This document shows positions 47,651-57,519 of a stretch of DNA of 64,000 nucleotides, one piece after another. Source of the DNA: Candidatus Bathyarchaeota archaeon (lineage in GTDB: Archaea; Thermoproteota; CALKCG01; B24); NCBI GenBank assembly GCA_021161255.1, contig JAGHAZ010000027.1:2076-66075 (forward strand), read 5' to 3'. Position 1 is the first letter of the stretch; each line of letters starts with the position of its first letter. The notes below the pieces were generated by a model. The model was not told the origin of the DNA and did not search any database. It saw nothing but the letters and a program-made list of their open reading frames with translations. Made by a program: the position numbers and the translations under genes.

Positions 47651-48226
47651 TTGTCTGAGAAGGATGAGATTAAGCTTTTCGGAAGATGGTCTTACGAGGG
47701 GGTTGAGGTTAAAGACCCTAGCCTTAAGGGCTACATATGTCTCAGACCCGTTTTCTACGCTAGGACCGGTGGACGGCATGAGCACCGGCCGTTCGCGAAG
47801 GCCAACGTTCCGATAGTGGAGAGGCTTGCAAACCAGCTTATGCGTCCCGGTAGAAACGCAGGGTTAAAGGTTAAAGCATTAAACATCATAAGGAATGCCT
47901 TTGAGATAATCCATCTTAAAACAGGCGAGAACCCTCTTCAGGTTTTAGTTAGGGCTGTGGAGAATGCTGCTCCCTGCGAGGATGTTACTAGAGTAGCCTA
48001 CGGTGGTATAGTGTATCATAGAGCCGTCGACGTTTCACCTTCTAGAAGACTGGACTTGGCTTTGAGGTACCTCGTAGACGGTGCTAGGCTTAAGGCATTC
48101 GGTAATCCTAGAACCATAGACGAGTGTTTAGCCGATGAGATAATCAAGGCTGCTGAGGGCTCTCAGGATTCGTATGCCGTCCAGCGTAAGGACGAACTTG
48201 AACGCATAGCACTAGCCTCTAGGTAA
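47651..48226 (+). CDS. rps7: Ribosomal protein S7 (uS7)
   Basis: 191 aa immediately downstream of S12, with S7-family conserved blocks (...[12 protein letters not shown]..., ...[11 protein letters not shown]...). Confidence 0.85.
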   Translation: MSEKDEIKLFGRWSYEGVEVKDPSLKGYICLRPVFYARTGGRHEHRPFAKANVPIVERLANQLMRPGRNAGLKVKALNIIRNAFEIIHLKTGENPLQVLVRAVENAAPCEDVTRVAYGGIVYHRAVDVSPSRRLDLALRYLVDGARLKAFGNPRTIDECLADEIIKAAEGSQDSYAVQRKDELERIALASR

Positions 48227-48317
48227 ACTCTCCTCAGTCCTTCTCTGTTTTCGATCGTAGCGGCCTCAAGTTGGCTACAGACGCGTTCTAGCCTAATCTG
48301 CTGGCCCTTTTTAAAGC

Positions 48318-48332
48318 AAACTTTTTATAACT
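48318..48332 (+). promoter_or_regulatory. Putative TATA element for tuf
   Basis: aaaCTTTTTATAAct lies ~40-50 nt upstream of the EF-1alpha ATG. A purine-rich aataggggga sits just upstream of the ATG. Confidence 0.3.
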
Positions 48333-48371
48333 GGTTCATGAGTTACTTCCCGAATAGGGGGATTTGACGTT

Positions 48372-49670
48372 ATGAGCCAGAAACCTCACTTAAACCTGGT
48401 GATATGCGGGCACGTGGACCATGGTAAGAGTACTTTGATGGGTCACCTACTATACCTAGTAGGCGCTATAGATGAAAGGACTGTTAGGGAGTATGAGGAG
48501 CAGGCCAAGGCTTTGGGTAAGGAGTCGTTCAAGTATGCATGGGTTATGGATAGGCTTAAGGAGGAGAGGGAGAGAGGCCTAACTATCGACTTGGCTTTCG
48601 TCAAGTTCGAGACCGATAGGTATTTCTTCACGATCATAGATGCTCCTGGTCACAGGGACTTCATCAAAAACATGATCACCGGTGCCAGCCAGGCGGATGC
48701 TGCGCTTCTAGTGGTCTCTGCTAAGAGGGGTGAGTACGAGGTCTCGATACAGCCCGGCGGACAGGCTAGAGAGCACGCGTTCCTACTTATGACGTTAGGC
48801 GTCAGGCAGATGGCCGTAGCCATCAATAAGATGGACGACCCGACCGTCGACTGGAGCCAGAAGAGGTATGAGGAGTGTAAAGAGGGTGTAACGAGGCTTT
48901 TGAGGACGATAGGCTACAACGTTTCTAAGATACCTATAGTACCTGTCTCGGCTTGGACTGGAGACAATATAGTTAAACCTAGCGAGAAGATGCCGTGGTA
49001 TAAAGGACCTACGTTGCTACAGGCTCTTGATACATTCGAGGTTCCACCGAAGCCGGTAGACAAGCCTCTGAGGATACCTATCCAAGATGTCTACACGATA
49101 ACCGGTGTCGGCACCGTCCCCGTCGGTAGGGTTGAAACTGGAGTGCTTAGGGAAGGCCAGACAGTTATATTCATGCCGTCTGGAGCTAAGGGCGAGGTCA
49201 GGTCCATAGAGACTCACCACGTCAGGATCAAAGAAGCCTATCCAGGTGACAACATCGGTTTTAACGTTAGAGGCGTGTCGAAGACCGATATCCGGAGAGG
49301 TGATGTAGCAGGTCCACCTGACAATCCGCCTACGGTAGCCAAGGAGTTCATAGCTAGGATAATCGTCGTCTACCACCCGACTGCCATAGCCGTAGGCTAT
49401 ACGCCTGTGATGCACGCTCACACGGCTCACGTGCCATGTAAGCTCGTCGAGATTCTGAGGAAGGTGAACCCGAGGACCGGTGAAACAATCGAGGAGCATC
49501 CATCGTTCCTGAGGACCGGTGACTGTGCGATAGTGAGGATGAGGCCTCTGAAACCGGTTGTGCTAGAGCAGTATTCTGAGATACCTCAGCTCGGTAGGTT
49601 TGCCATCAGAGACATGGGAACCACCATAGCTGCAGGTATAGTCGAGGAGATCACGGAGAAAGGTCCATAG
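48372..49670 (+). CDS. tuf: Translation elongation factor 1-alpha
   Basis: G1 [10 protein letters not shown]3 DAPGHRDF, G4 NKMD, plus domains II/III; 432 aa. Confidence 0.92.
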   Translation: MSQKPHLNLVICGHVDHGKSTLMGHLLYLVGAIDERTVREYEEQAKALGKESFKYAWVMDRLKEERERGLTIDLAFVKFETDRYFFTIIDAPGHRDFIKNMITGASQADAALLVVSAKRGEYEVSIQPGGQAREHAFLLMTLGVRQMAVAINKMDDPTVDWSQKRYEECKEGVTRLLRTIGYNVSKIPIVPVSAWTGDNIVKPSEKMPWYKGPTLLQALDTFEVPPKPVDKPLRIPIQDVYTITGVGTVPVGRVETGVLREGQTVIFMPSGAKGEVRSIETHHVRIKEAYPGDNIGFNVRGVSKTDIRRGDVAGPPDNPPTVAKEFIARIIVVYHPTAIAVGYTPVMHAHTAHVPCKLVEILRKVNPRTGETIEEHPSFLRTGDCAIVRMRPLKPVVLEQYSEIPQLGRFAIRDMGTTIAAGIVEEITEKGP

Positions 49671-49750
49671 ACTAGCTTGGCAATTTTTATACGGCCCCTC
49701 CAGATTTATTTACAATCCCCGAGTATACATTTTACAAAGGAGGTGTAGGA

Positions 49751-50137
49751 TTGAGGTTAAGGTTCCCTAAAACCCTTGTGGCTGTAGTTCTTATGCTATT
49801 CTCGATCTATATGGTTTGCGGAGGTATATACGTGGTCGTAGAGAGCAAGGAGAATGATTACGTAAACCAGTTATGGGTTCGGCATAGACAAACCGGAAGG
49901 CTTACTCCCATATTCCCAAGCCTCAGGTCTCAGATAGTCGGTGAGGGCTATGTGATAGGTATTATTCTTTCACTAGGTGCTATTGGATTGCTACTACCCT
50001 ATACCGGTTTGAGGTTTAGGATGAGTCCCGACGCCATGAAAACCTTATTGGCCATCTCAATCCTGTTGCTTTTAGTCTCTATCTACTTGACGTTTAGCAT
50101 ATACTTCTCTAAACTTCGCGGAGATGCTTGGCCTTAA
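49751..50137 (+). CDS. Small membrane protein (3 predicted TM helices), unknown function
   Basis: 128-aa TTG-start ORF with hydrophobic helices; no recognisable motif. Confidence 0.35.
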   Translation: MRLRFPKTLVAVVLMLFSIYMVCGGIYVVVESKENDYVNQLWVRHRQTGRLTPIFPSLRSQIVGEGYVIGIILSLGAIGLLLPYTGLRFRMSPDAMKTLLAISILLLLVSIYLTFSIYFSKLRGDAWP

Positions 50138-50769
50138 ACGTCTTCCAATCCTTCAGCCGTTATTTTAACCATGAAGACACCCTTTTTCCCGGTTAAACTG
50201 TTTTTCTCAACGGTAACCTGTCTGACATCGGGTTTACCTGTAAGCTCCATCCTTATGACGATGGAGGACCAAAACCTTAGAACTCTCCCGGCGACGGGTT
50301 CTAACCCTCTTTTATCGAAAGCTCTGACTTGGCTTATGGTCAAAATCGACAAGTCGAAGGTCTTAGCAGTCTTGCTCAGGTAAGCCATCTGCCTATTAAG
50401 CTCCCTGTTTAGACCGAAGGAGTCCCTCGTCTCCGAGAGTTCAGCCCTATAAAGCCTAGTGATCGAGTCCAATACAATCAGCGCTACACCTCGGCTTATA
50501 TACCTCTCAAGACTTTCGACTATGTATGTCTGTTCGCTGAACGAGTTAGGTCTAAGTATGAGCATCCTCTGTAAGGTCTCCTCGCCTAGACTACCTGCTA
50601 TCTGTAAAAGCCTACGGGAACTCAGTCTCTCGTCAGAGTCTATATATATGGTTTTAAACCCTTTAGCCATCGCTTTAACGGCCGCCTGTAAAGCTAGCGT
50701 AGTCTTACCTGAGCCGGCTTCACCGTATATTAGAGTAAGATGCCCTCTAGGAAGACCCCCGCCGAGCAT
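50134..50769 (-). CDS. radB: RadB-type RecA-superfamily recombination/repair ATPase
   Basis: 211 aa with Walker A LIYGEAGSGKTTLALQ and a RecA-core layout lacking the RadA N-terminal domain. The size is typical of RadB (KaiC-like is the alternative). Confidence 0.65.
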   Translation of the reverse strand: MLGGGLPRGHLTLIYGEAGSGKTTLALQAAVKAMAKGFKTIYIDSDERLSSRRLLQIAGSLGEETLQRMLILRPNSFSEQTYIVESLERYISRGVALIVLDSITRLYRAELSETRDSFGLNRELNRQMAYLSKTAKTFDLSILTISQVRAFDKRGLEPVAGRVLRFWSSIVIRMELTGKPDVRQVTVEKNSLTGKKGVFMVKITAEGLEDV

Positions 50770-50906
50770 CTTATCGAGCGTAAGGCATCCTGTAGGCAGG
50801 TTCAGAGCTCGACTCCTCCGTACATTAAAATTATGGTTCTAGGATTTAGAATTTACACCTGGGGGATGGTTAAAAATTATATTCTCGACCCCCTACTACT
50901 CTTACA

Positions 50907-52235
50907 GTGTCGGTTATGGAAAAAGGTGGACCTGGCTTCTTTGAAGTCAAAGCCGGAGAATGTCTGCTGATCGGTGGACCGGCTCATCTGAGAGTTTCAG
51001 AGGGCAGGGTCGAAGCCCTAGGGGTTGAACTGGCTAAAGGTGGCAGAGCAGTTGTAAGAGTTTTCAAAGCCCTACCGGTTAAAGCCCTTGAGAACAGTCT
51101 TCTAGAGATAAAGTATGGTGTAAACGGGTTCGTCGAGAAGATAGATGAACCTTATCCATCAAGCTGGCTGAACGTTATCGAGGAGGCTTTGAAGCTCAAG
51201 GAAACCGTTATAGTCATGGGTGGCGTAGACGTCGGGAAGTCTACACTCTGCACGTTGATCACGAACATTGCTCTGCAGAAAGGTTTCAAAGTCGCCGTGA
51301 TAGAGGGCGACGTCGGTCAAGCCGAGATAGGGCCTCCGACCACCGTAAGCCTAGCTATACCTAAACGACCTTCACCTGACTTGTTTAGGCAGAACCCCGT
51401 GGCTTCAGAGTTCGTCGGCTCTACAAGCCCCATGGGCTTCGAAGACGAGGTAGTGGAAGCGTTAGCTAAACTTAAAACGAAGGCAGAGAGCCACGGGGTC
51501 GATATGACGGTCGTTAACACTGACGGATGGGTCGAAGACGGAAAGGCTGTCGAGTACAAGGTCAGGTTAGCTGACGTGTTAAAACCGTCGCTTATAGCTC
51601 TCTTATGCAGAGAGGATGAGCTTGAAGACCTTAGAAAACGGCTCATGGAGAAGTTTAACGTTCTAATCGTTCAGCCGCTTCCAAAGGCTAGACGGAGAGA
51701 TAGAGGAGCTAGGAAGGAGCTTAGAGAGCTAAGCTATCAGAAGAACCTAAGGGGTTCAGGATTAAGGTCTATACCTGTGAGTTGGGTTAAGATCTATAAC
51801 CACGACTTGGGAACGGGAGTGGTCTTAAGCGAAGAGAGGTTTAGGACGCTTAACGAGCAGCTTAACGGCGGATTGGTATACGGGGAGGAGACGCCGAACG
51901 GCTTACTACTTGTCTTAAACAACAGGCTGGTCTCCGAAGAGGACGTTCGAAAGGTCTTCGAGAACTATAGTCGACCTGTAAACGTGGTTTGGAAAGGCTC
52001 TGAAAAAGGTCTCATAGTCGGCTTATACGATAGACGTGGGGAGTTTATGGGGATCGGAGTCATAGGAGAGGTGGACTACGGTAGAAGAGTTTTAAAGATT
52101 CACACGCCTTGTCAGAAGCCTATAGGCATCATAAAACTCGGCTACGTGAAACTCGTCGGGTCTTGGAAGGAAGTCGAAAAATTCCGTCGATGCCCTCTTG
52201 AACCTAAAAGGATCAACGCATCTGAGGAAGGCTAA
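50907..52235 (+). CDS. Clp1/Grc3-family polynucleotide 5'-hydroxyl kinase
   Basis: N-terminal beta domain, then a P-loop VIVMGGVDVGKSTLCTLI and ...AVIEGDVGQAEIGPP.... The ATG at 50916 is the likely start. Confidence 0.6.
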   Translation: MSVMEKGGPGFFEVKAGECLLIGGPAHLRVSEGRVEALGVELAKGGRAVVRVFKALPVKALENSLLEIKYGVNGFVEKIDEPYPSSWLNVIEEALKLKETVIVMGGVDVGKSTLCTLITNIALQKGFKVAVIEGDVGQAEIGPPTTVSLAIPKRPSPDLFRQNPVASEFVGSTSPMGFEDEVVEALAKLKTKAESHGVDMTVVNTDGWVEDGKAVEYKVRLADVLKPSLIALLCREDELEDLRKRLMEKFNVLIVQPLPKARRRDRGARKELRELSYQKNLRGSGLRSIPVSWVKIYNHDLGTGVVLSEERFRTLNEQLNGGLVYGEETPNGLLLVLNNRLVSEEDVRKVFENYSRPVNVVWKGSEKGLIVGLYDRRGEFMGIGVIGEVDYGRRVLKIHTPCQKPIGIIKLGYVKLVGSWKEVEKFRRCPLEPKRINASEEG

Positions 52236-52921
52236 AGACCGTGAAACAGCCTCTCGGCCAGAAACTTGGGTAATCCTGCTTTTAAGATGTCTTTGGCGAC
52301 CTTCTCGATGTCGTAGGATACCCTTCTCATGTCGACTTCAAATCGACTGTCTTGAACTGTTAAAACCGCATAACTGGCCCTGGGGTCTCCGTCTCGGCTT
52401 TGACCTACGGAGCCTGGGTTCATCACTACTCCCTCCTTAAACCTCTTTATGAAGGGGACGTGGGTGTGCCCTAGGACTATAAGACGGGCGCCTGTCTCCC
52501 TTAACCACCTTCTCATCTCGTCCTGAGGGTATTCTGGAAACACGTACTCGTCTATAAGGTCTCTAGGTGAACCGTGGCATACGAAGACCTTAACGCCGCC
52601 TATGTTTAAATCAAGCCTCTCGGGTAGGTTCAACAGGAAGCGTTTCTCCCGGTCGTTTAAAACCCTGCTTGTCCATCTGAGGCTCATCGCTGCGTAGGGA
52701 TTGTATCCGTAGGGCGTTCCGAGAGCTACGTCCCTGTCGTGGTTGCCCATAACCGATAGGATGTTTAGCTTCTTGACGGCGTCTATGGCTTCTCTAGGGT
52801 AGGGGTTATAATCCACGATGTCCCCTGCGTGAATTATCATGTCGTAGTCTCCTACGTCCCTCAAGACGGCTTCTAAAGCTGGGATGTTGGCGTGTATATC
52901 GGAGATTATGAGAACCTTCAT
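52232..52921 (-). CDS. Calcineurin-like metallophosphoesterase
   Basis: MKVLIISDIHAN...IIHAGDIVDYNP...VMGNHD...GHTH.... Confidence 0.7.
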   Translation of the reverse strand: MKVLIISDIHANIPALEAVLRDVGDYDMIIHAGDIVDYNPYPREAIDAVKKLNILSVMGNHDRDVALGTPYGYNPYAAMSLRWTSRVLNDREKRFLLNLPERLDLNIGGVKVFVCHGSPRDLIDEYVFPEYPQDEMRRWLRETGARLIVLGHTHVPFIKRFKEGVVMNPGSVGQSRDGDPRASYAVLTVQDSRFEVDMRRVSYDIEKVAKDILKAGLPKFLAERLFHGL

Positions 52922-52927
52922 CCTTCT

Positions 52928-53476
52928 TCACCCCTTCAACAGCTTCACAAGTTCTCCGGCGATCTCTATCGGCAACCTATCCCTGTTCATAATGGATAGC
53001 CTCACAATCTTTAGGGTTCTAAGACTTTTAACGTGGTCTATCAAACCGTCTCTAGCTCTATAGTGTACAACCGCGACAAGAGGCTTCGGCCCTTCGACGA
53101 CCGCCAGAACCGTGTCTCGGAAGAGCCTACTCTTAAGCTCCATAGGCCCTATCTCGTCCAAGGCTATGAGGTGTATATCAGGGTCCTCTAGGGCGCGTTT
53201 TAAAGCCTCGACGCCTATGCTTTCGAGGTCTTTGAGGTTGACCCCGTATCTCCCCACCCTAACCGGGGTTTTAAAGTCCCTATGTGCCAACCAGCCCTGT
53301 CTCCCGGTCGCTAGGTCCTCGACCTTAAACCCGACCCTCGCTCTCCCGACTCTAACTTCCCGGCAAACCATCCCTCCAACCTTAAACCCCTCGGCTTTGA
53401 CAGCTTGGATTATCTTAAGCAGAACGGTCGTCTTACCGACGCCAGGCGGCCCGGTTATAAGGTATCCGCTAGCCAT
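52928..53476 (-). CDS. Nucleoside-triphosphatase THEP1 family (MJ1559-like)
   Basis: MASGYLITGPPGVGKTTVLLKI...IALDEIGPMEL...; 182 aa. Confidence 0.7.
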   Translation of the reverse strand: MASGYLITGPPGVGKTTVLLKIIQAVKAEGFKVGGMVCREVRVGRARVGFKVEDLATGRQGWLAHRDFKTPVRVGRYGVNLKDLESIGVEALKRALEDPDIHLIALDEIGPMELKSRLFRDTVLAVVEGPKPLVAVVHYRARDGLIDHVKSLRTLKIVRLSIMNRDRLPIEIAGELVKLLKG

Positions 53477-53531
53477 CTAACCTAAAAACAAGCTAAGATG
53501 CTCTTAAGGTTAGCCTAACGTTTTTCGACGT

Positions 53532-54257
53532 TTAGCCCTTGGATAACTCTTCTCTCAGCGATATCATCAAATCGGGTTTGTTCGTCGTTATCGAATCCAC
53601 GCCTCTCTCGGCCATGATCCTAGCGGTCTTTAAGTCGTCTATAGTCCAAACGTTCACTTTAAGCCCGAGTCTATGAGCGAAGCTTATGGCCTTGGTGGTG
53701 GCGAGCCTGTAGTAGGGTGCCACGGCTAAGCATCGCATACGTTTAGCCACGACCAAGTGGTCTCCAGACCTTGCATAGATCAGGCCTCTGAACGTGTCTA
53801 GACGGATCTGGGCGATTTCCTCTAAGGCTTCTCTATGGAAGGATATGAACATCACCTGGTTTACCATATTCTTCTCCTCGACCATTTTCAGAGCGGGCTT
53901 GGAGGTCTCTACCTCCTTAAGCTCGAGTAGTAAACCCACTTTCCCCTTCACGAAGTCCAATACCTCTGATAGAAGGGGTATCTTCTCACCCGACCCGGCG
54001 TCGAACATTCTAAGCTGGTCAGCCGTGTAATCTGCCACCTTACCGCTCCCGTCAGTCGTTCTATCCAATGTCTCGTCGTGTATGATGACCGGCACTCCGT
54101 CTTTGGATAATCTGACATCGACCTCAACCATGTCGGCTCCCATCTCGATAGCCCTCTTTAGGGCTCTGAGCGTGTTCTCAGGCTCGTATCCGCTCGCGCC
54201 TCTATGGGCTACTACGGCGAAAGGCTGCATGGATAGAAGCTCCGATACATTGGTCAA
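53532..54257 (-). CDS. Glycerophosphodiester phosphodiesterase (GDPD/UgpQ)
   Basis: ...FAVVAHRGASGYEPENTLRALKRAIEMGADMVEVDVRLSKDGVPVIIHDETLDRTT.... Confidence 0.8.
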   Translation of the reverse strand: MTNVSELLSMQPFAVVAHRGASGYEPENTLRALKRAIEMGADMVEVDVRLSKDGVPVIIHDETLDRTTDGSGKVADYTADQLRMFDAGSGEKIPLLSEVLDFVKGKVGLLLELKEVETSKPALKMVEEKNMVNQVMFISFHREALEEIAQIRLDTFRGLIYARSGDHLVVAKRMRCLAVAPYYRLATTKAISFAHRLGLKVNVWTIDDLKTARIMAERGVDSITTNKPDLMISLREELSKG

Positions 54258-54417
54258 TCCTTCTAACGCCTCCCAGCTGGATCTAGTCTCAAGATGAATT
54301 TAACATCTACCCTTATTCATCTTCTTGGAAACCGTTTGATTATTGAAAATTCACGATGCAAACTCTCTTGTAGGATATCTTTAACAAAGTCTCCGCGTCA
54401 TATAACGGCTAGGGGTT

Positions 54418-56097
54418 ATGGGGGAGAGCTTCGAAAGTCTATGCAGACTCTATGAGGTTTTGGAGAGGCTTAGCTCTAGAAACGAGATTATAGACCTGAT
54501 GTCCGGATACTTTAAGCGGCTGACCCTTGAGGAGCTGGAGGCCGTGGTTAGGTTGTCTACGACGGGCTTCGAGGAGGCCTTAAACGTAAGCTGGGCTACG
54601 GTGGTCGAGGCTTTAAAGGGTGCCTACGGTTTTGACCTAGAGGAGTTTCGTAAGGCTTTCGATGAGACGGGAGATGTGGGAAGTGCCGTGAAGGCTGTTT
54701 TGGAGCGTAGGCGTGGTCCTCGTCAGACCTTGCTATCGTTTAAGCCTTTGACCGTCGCGGAGCTTTACTCGTCGCTGAGGGAGATATCACGTGTTAAAGG
54801 TCTAGGCTCTAGAGCTAGGAGGCTTAGGATGCTCAGGGGGCTTTTCGGCAAGGTTTCCCCACTGGAGGCCAAATACTTAGTAAGGATACTGCTCGGAGAC
54901 CTCAGGATAGGTGTTAAGGAGGGGCTGGTAGCCAGGGCGTTGGCTAAGGCTTTTCAGGTTCCCTACGACGTTTTCGAGAAGGCCTTCATGCTAAGCGGAG
55001 ACCTAGCCGAGACCGCTTTGACGGCTAAGATCAAGGGGGTCGAAGGGCTTCTCGGGACTAGCTATAGGCCCTTCAACCCGATAAAGCCTATGCTTGCCGG
55101 TATGGCCTACAGCGTCCGGGAGGTTTTGGACGAGTTTAAAGGCAAGGCGGCTTTCGAGTATAAGCTCGATGGGGCGAGGGTTCAAATACATTTCTTCGAC
55201 GGGAGGGTTAAAGTCTTCTCTAGGAGGCTTAAGGATGTGACCGTCAGCCTACCTGAGGTGGTGGCGGTTGTCGAGAAGACGCCTAGCCTGGAGAACTGCG
55301 TGCTCGAAGGGGAGGTTATAGCAGTGGACCCCGATGGTAGACCTCTACCGTTTCAGGAGCTTATGCATAGGTTTAAACGAGTCAGATGGGTCGAGGAGGA
55401 GGCCAGGAGGCTTCCGGTGAGGCTCTATCTGTTCGACATATTGGTGGCCGACGGGGTTTTGATGATAGATAGGCCGTATCTGGAGCGGAGACACCTTCTC
55501 GTCGAGAAAGCCGGATCTATACCCGTGGTGAACTGTCTGATAACTCAGGACGTCGAAGAGGCTGAGAGGTTCTATAAATCGTCTTTAGAGATGGGTCATG
55601 AGGGGCTTGTAGCGAAAAAGCTCGGTAGCACCTATCACCCCGGTGTTCGGGGTAGGGATTGGCTGAAGGTTAAGGCTACCCTGGATAATCTGGACCTTGT
55701 CATAGTTGGCGGGGAATACGGTTACGGACGTAGGTACAGGTGGATAAGCGACTATTATCTTGCGGCTTTAGACCCGTCTACAGGCGGATTCGTAGTCGTA
55801 GGTAAGACCTTCAAGGGCTTGACAGACGCGGAGTTTGAGGAGCTCACCCGGGTACTTAAGAAGGATGTGGTCCGGCGTGAGGGACGTAGGGTCTGGGTTA
55901 ACCCTAGAGTTGTGGTCGAGGTCGCCTACAACGAGGTTCAGAAGAGTCCGAAGTATCCCTCCGGCTTCGCCTTGAGGTTTGCACGTATAGTCAGGATCAG
56001 GTGGGATAAACGGGTCGAAGAAGCCGATACGATAGATAGGATCAGGGAGATATACCGTAGACAGTTCGAGAGGAAAAGCATGTCTCCTCGGATATAA
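54418..56097 (+). CDS. lig: ATP-dependent DNA ligase
   Basis: Adenylation motif I AFEYKLDGARVQ, motif IV/V ...EGLVAKK.../...WLKVK..., and an OB domain; 559 aa. Confidence 0.85.
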   Translation: MGESFESLCRLYEVLERLSSRNEIIDLMSGYFKRLTLEELEAVVRLSTTGFEEALNVSWATVVEALKGAYGFDLEEFRKAFDETGDVGSAVKAVLERRRGPRQTLLSFKPLTVAELYSSLREISRVKGLGSRARRLRMLRGLFGKVSPLEAKYLVRILLGDLRIGVKEGLVARALAKAFQVPYDVFEKAFMLSGDLAETALTAKIKGVEGLLGTSYRPFNPIKPMLAGMAYSVREVLDEFKGKAAFEYKLDGARVQIHFFDGRVKVFSRRLKDVTVSLPEVVAVVEKTPSLENCVLEGEVIAVDPDGRPLPFQELMHRFKRVRWVEEEARRLPVRLYLFDILVADGVLMIDRPYLERRHLLVEKAGSIPVVNCLITQDVEEAERFYKSSLEMGHEGLVAKKLGSTYHPGVRGRDWLKVKATLDNLDLVIVGGEYGYGRRYRWISDYYLAALDPSTGGFVVVGKTFKGLTDAEFEELTRVLKKDVVRREGRRVWVNPRVVVEVAYNEVQKSPKYPSGFALRFARIVRIRWDKRVEEADTIDRIREIYRRQFERKSMSPRI

Positions 56098-56149
56098 GGG
56101 GGGTTGAAGGGGGAAGCCTTATTAGAGGTGGATGGTCAGATAGTCCTCC

Positions 56150-56212
56150 GGATGATGAGAGCTGGTATTTCAGAGGCCTGAGGGCTTATGATGGAAAGAC
56201 ACCAGGTCTGAC
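56150..56212 (+). ncRNA. Candidate C/D-box sRNA (2'-O-methylation guide)
   Basis: In the lig-thiolase spacer the boxes occur in order: C box AUGAUGA (56152-56158), D' box CUGA (56178-56181), C' box AUGAUGG (56188-56194), D box CUGA (56208-56211). The C'-D spacer of 13 nt is canonical. The C-D' spacer of 19 nt is longer than the usual ~12 nt. Confidence 0.35.
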
Positions 56213-56280
56213 CTTCCATGTATATAGTTTATCGGGTTAGAATAAAGCTTTAATTGTAAGCCCGGTGTCATTCTTCTATA

Positions 56281-57519
56281 GTGTCGATTTTGACCGGGAA
56301 ACCTTATGCCGCCATTATAGGTGCGGGGAGAACGAGGTTTGGGGAGCTCTGGTATGAGAACCCTGAGGGTATGGTCGTTAAGGCTGGTTTAGAGGCCCTG
56401 GAGTCTGTCGAGAAGGGGCTGCATAGAGCCGATATCCAAGCATGCTATCTCGGGAGCTTCATGTATCAGGTTACCAACAAGCTGGGTCTGGTTCCAGGCT
56501 ACATATCTAGGGAGCTTGGCCTCAATATACCTATGAGTCAAACCGAAGCCGCATGTGCCTCCAGTAGTTCGGCGTTGCATAACGCGTGTCTAGCCATACG
56601 TTCTGGGATGTACGATGTGGTCCTCGTAGGCGGTTTCGAGAAGATGACAGACCGCTACGGTAAGATAGTGGATGACCTGATGTTCGCAGCAGACCCCAGG
56701 GAGTTCGATGCTGGATTCACGTTCTCAGGGCTCTACGCGGCGATGATGGCCAGGTACATGTACGACTTCGGTAAGGGAGACGATAGGTGTAGGATAGCCC
56801 TAGCCCAGATAGCGGTTAAAAACCACCAGCACGCGGTTAACAATCCCTACGCCCAGTTTAGAAGCAGGATAACAGTTGAAGACGTCTTCAAGTCTCCCTT
56901 GATAGCGGATCCTGTTAGACTTCTGCACTGTAGCCCTATATCAGACGGGGCCGTCGCCGTCGTGCTCTGTAAGCCTGAGATCGCTAGGAGGTATACAGAC
57001 GACCCGGTCTACATAGTGGCGAGTCAGCAGGCTACGGACCATGTTTCACTTTACAGTAGAACTTCAACGGTCGAGATCAAAGCCACTAGGCTCGCCGTCG
57101 GTAAGGCCCTTAGGGAGGCCGGTATAGGGCTTAAGGATATCCGGCTGGCCGAGGTTCACGACTGCTTCACGATAGAGGAGTGTCTTTTCATGGAGGACTC
57201 AGGCTTCTACCGTAAAGGTGAAGGTTGGAGGGGGATATACGAGAGCATAGAGTCCTTCCAAGGTGGTAAGCATATACCATACGTCGGGGATGGTTGGGAG
57301 GTTTTCGTGAACGTCGGGGGAGGGCTTAAAGCCGACGGGCATCCCGTAGGGGCTACGGGGCTGAGGCAGATATACGAGTGTTTCAAGCAAATGAGGGGTG
57401 AAGCCGGTGCGAACCAGGTTGATGTCGAAGGTGGGATCAAGTATGCCCTGTGTCACAATATAGGTGGGACGGGTGGGATAGCTAACGTCCACATACTCAC
57501 GAGGGAGGTGACCCTATGA
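56281..57519 (+). CDS. Archaeal thiolase (acetyl-CoA C-acetyltransferase, SCP-x-type)
   Basis: ...IIGAGRTRFG..., catalytic Cys context ...QTEAACASSSSAL..., and C-terminal ...HNIGGTG...; GTG start. Confidence 0.8.
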   Translation: MSILTGKPYAAIIGAGRTRFGELWYENPEGMVVKAGLEALESVEKGLHRADIQACYLGSFMYQVTNKLGLVPGYISRELGLNIPMSQTEAACASSSSALHNACLAIRSGMYDVVLVGGFEKMTDRYGKIVDDLMFAADPREFDAGFTFSGLYAAMMARYMYDFGKGDDRCRIALAQIAVKNHQHAVNNPYAQFRSRITVEDVFKSPLIADPVRLLHCSPISDGAVAVVLCKPEIARRYTDDPVYIVASQQATDHVSLYSRTSTVEIKATRLAVGKALREAGIGLKDIRLAEVHDCFTIEECLFMEDSGFYRKGEGWRGIYESIESFQGGKHIPYVGDGWEVFVNVGGGLKADGHPVGATGLRQIYECFKQMRGEAGANQVDVEGGIKYALCHNIGGTGGIANVHILTREVTL

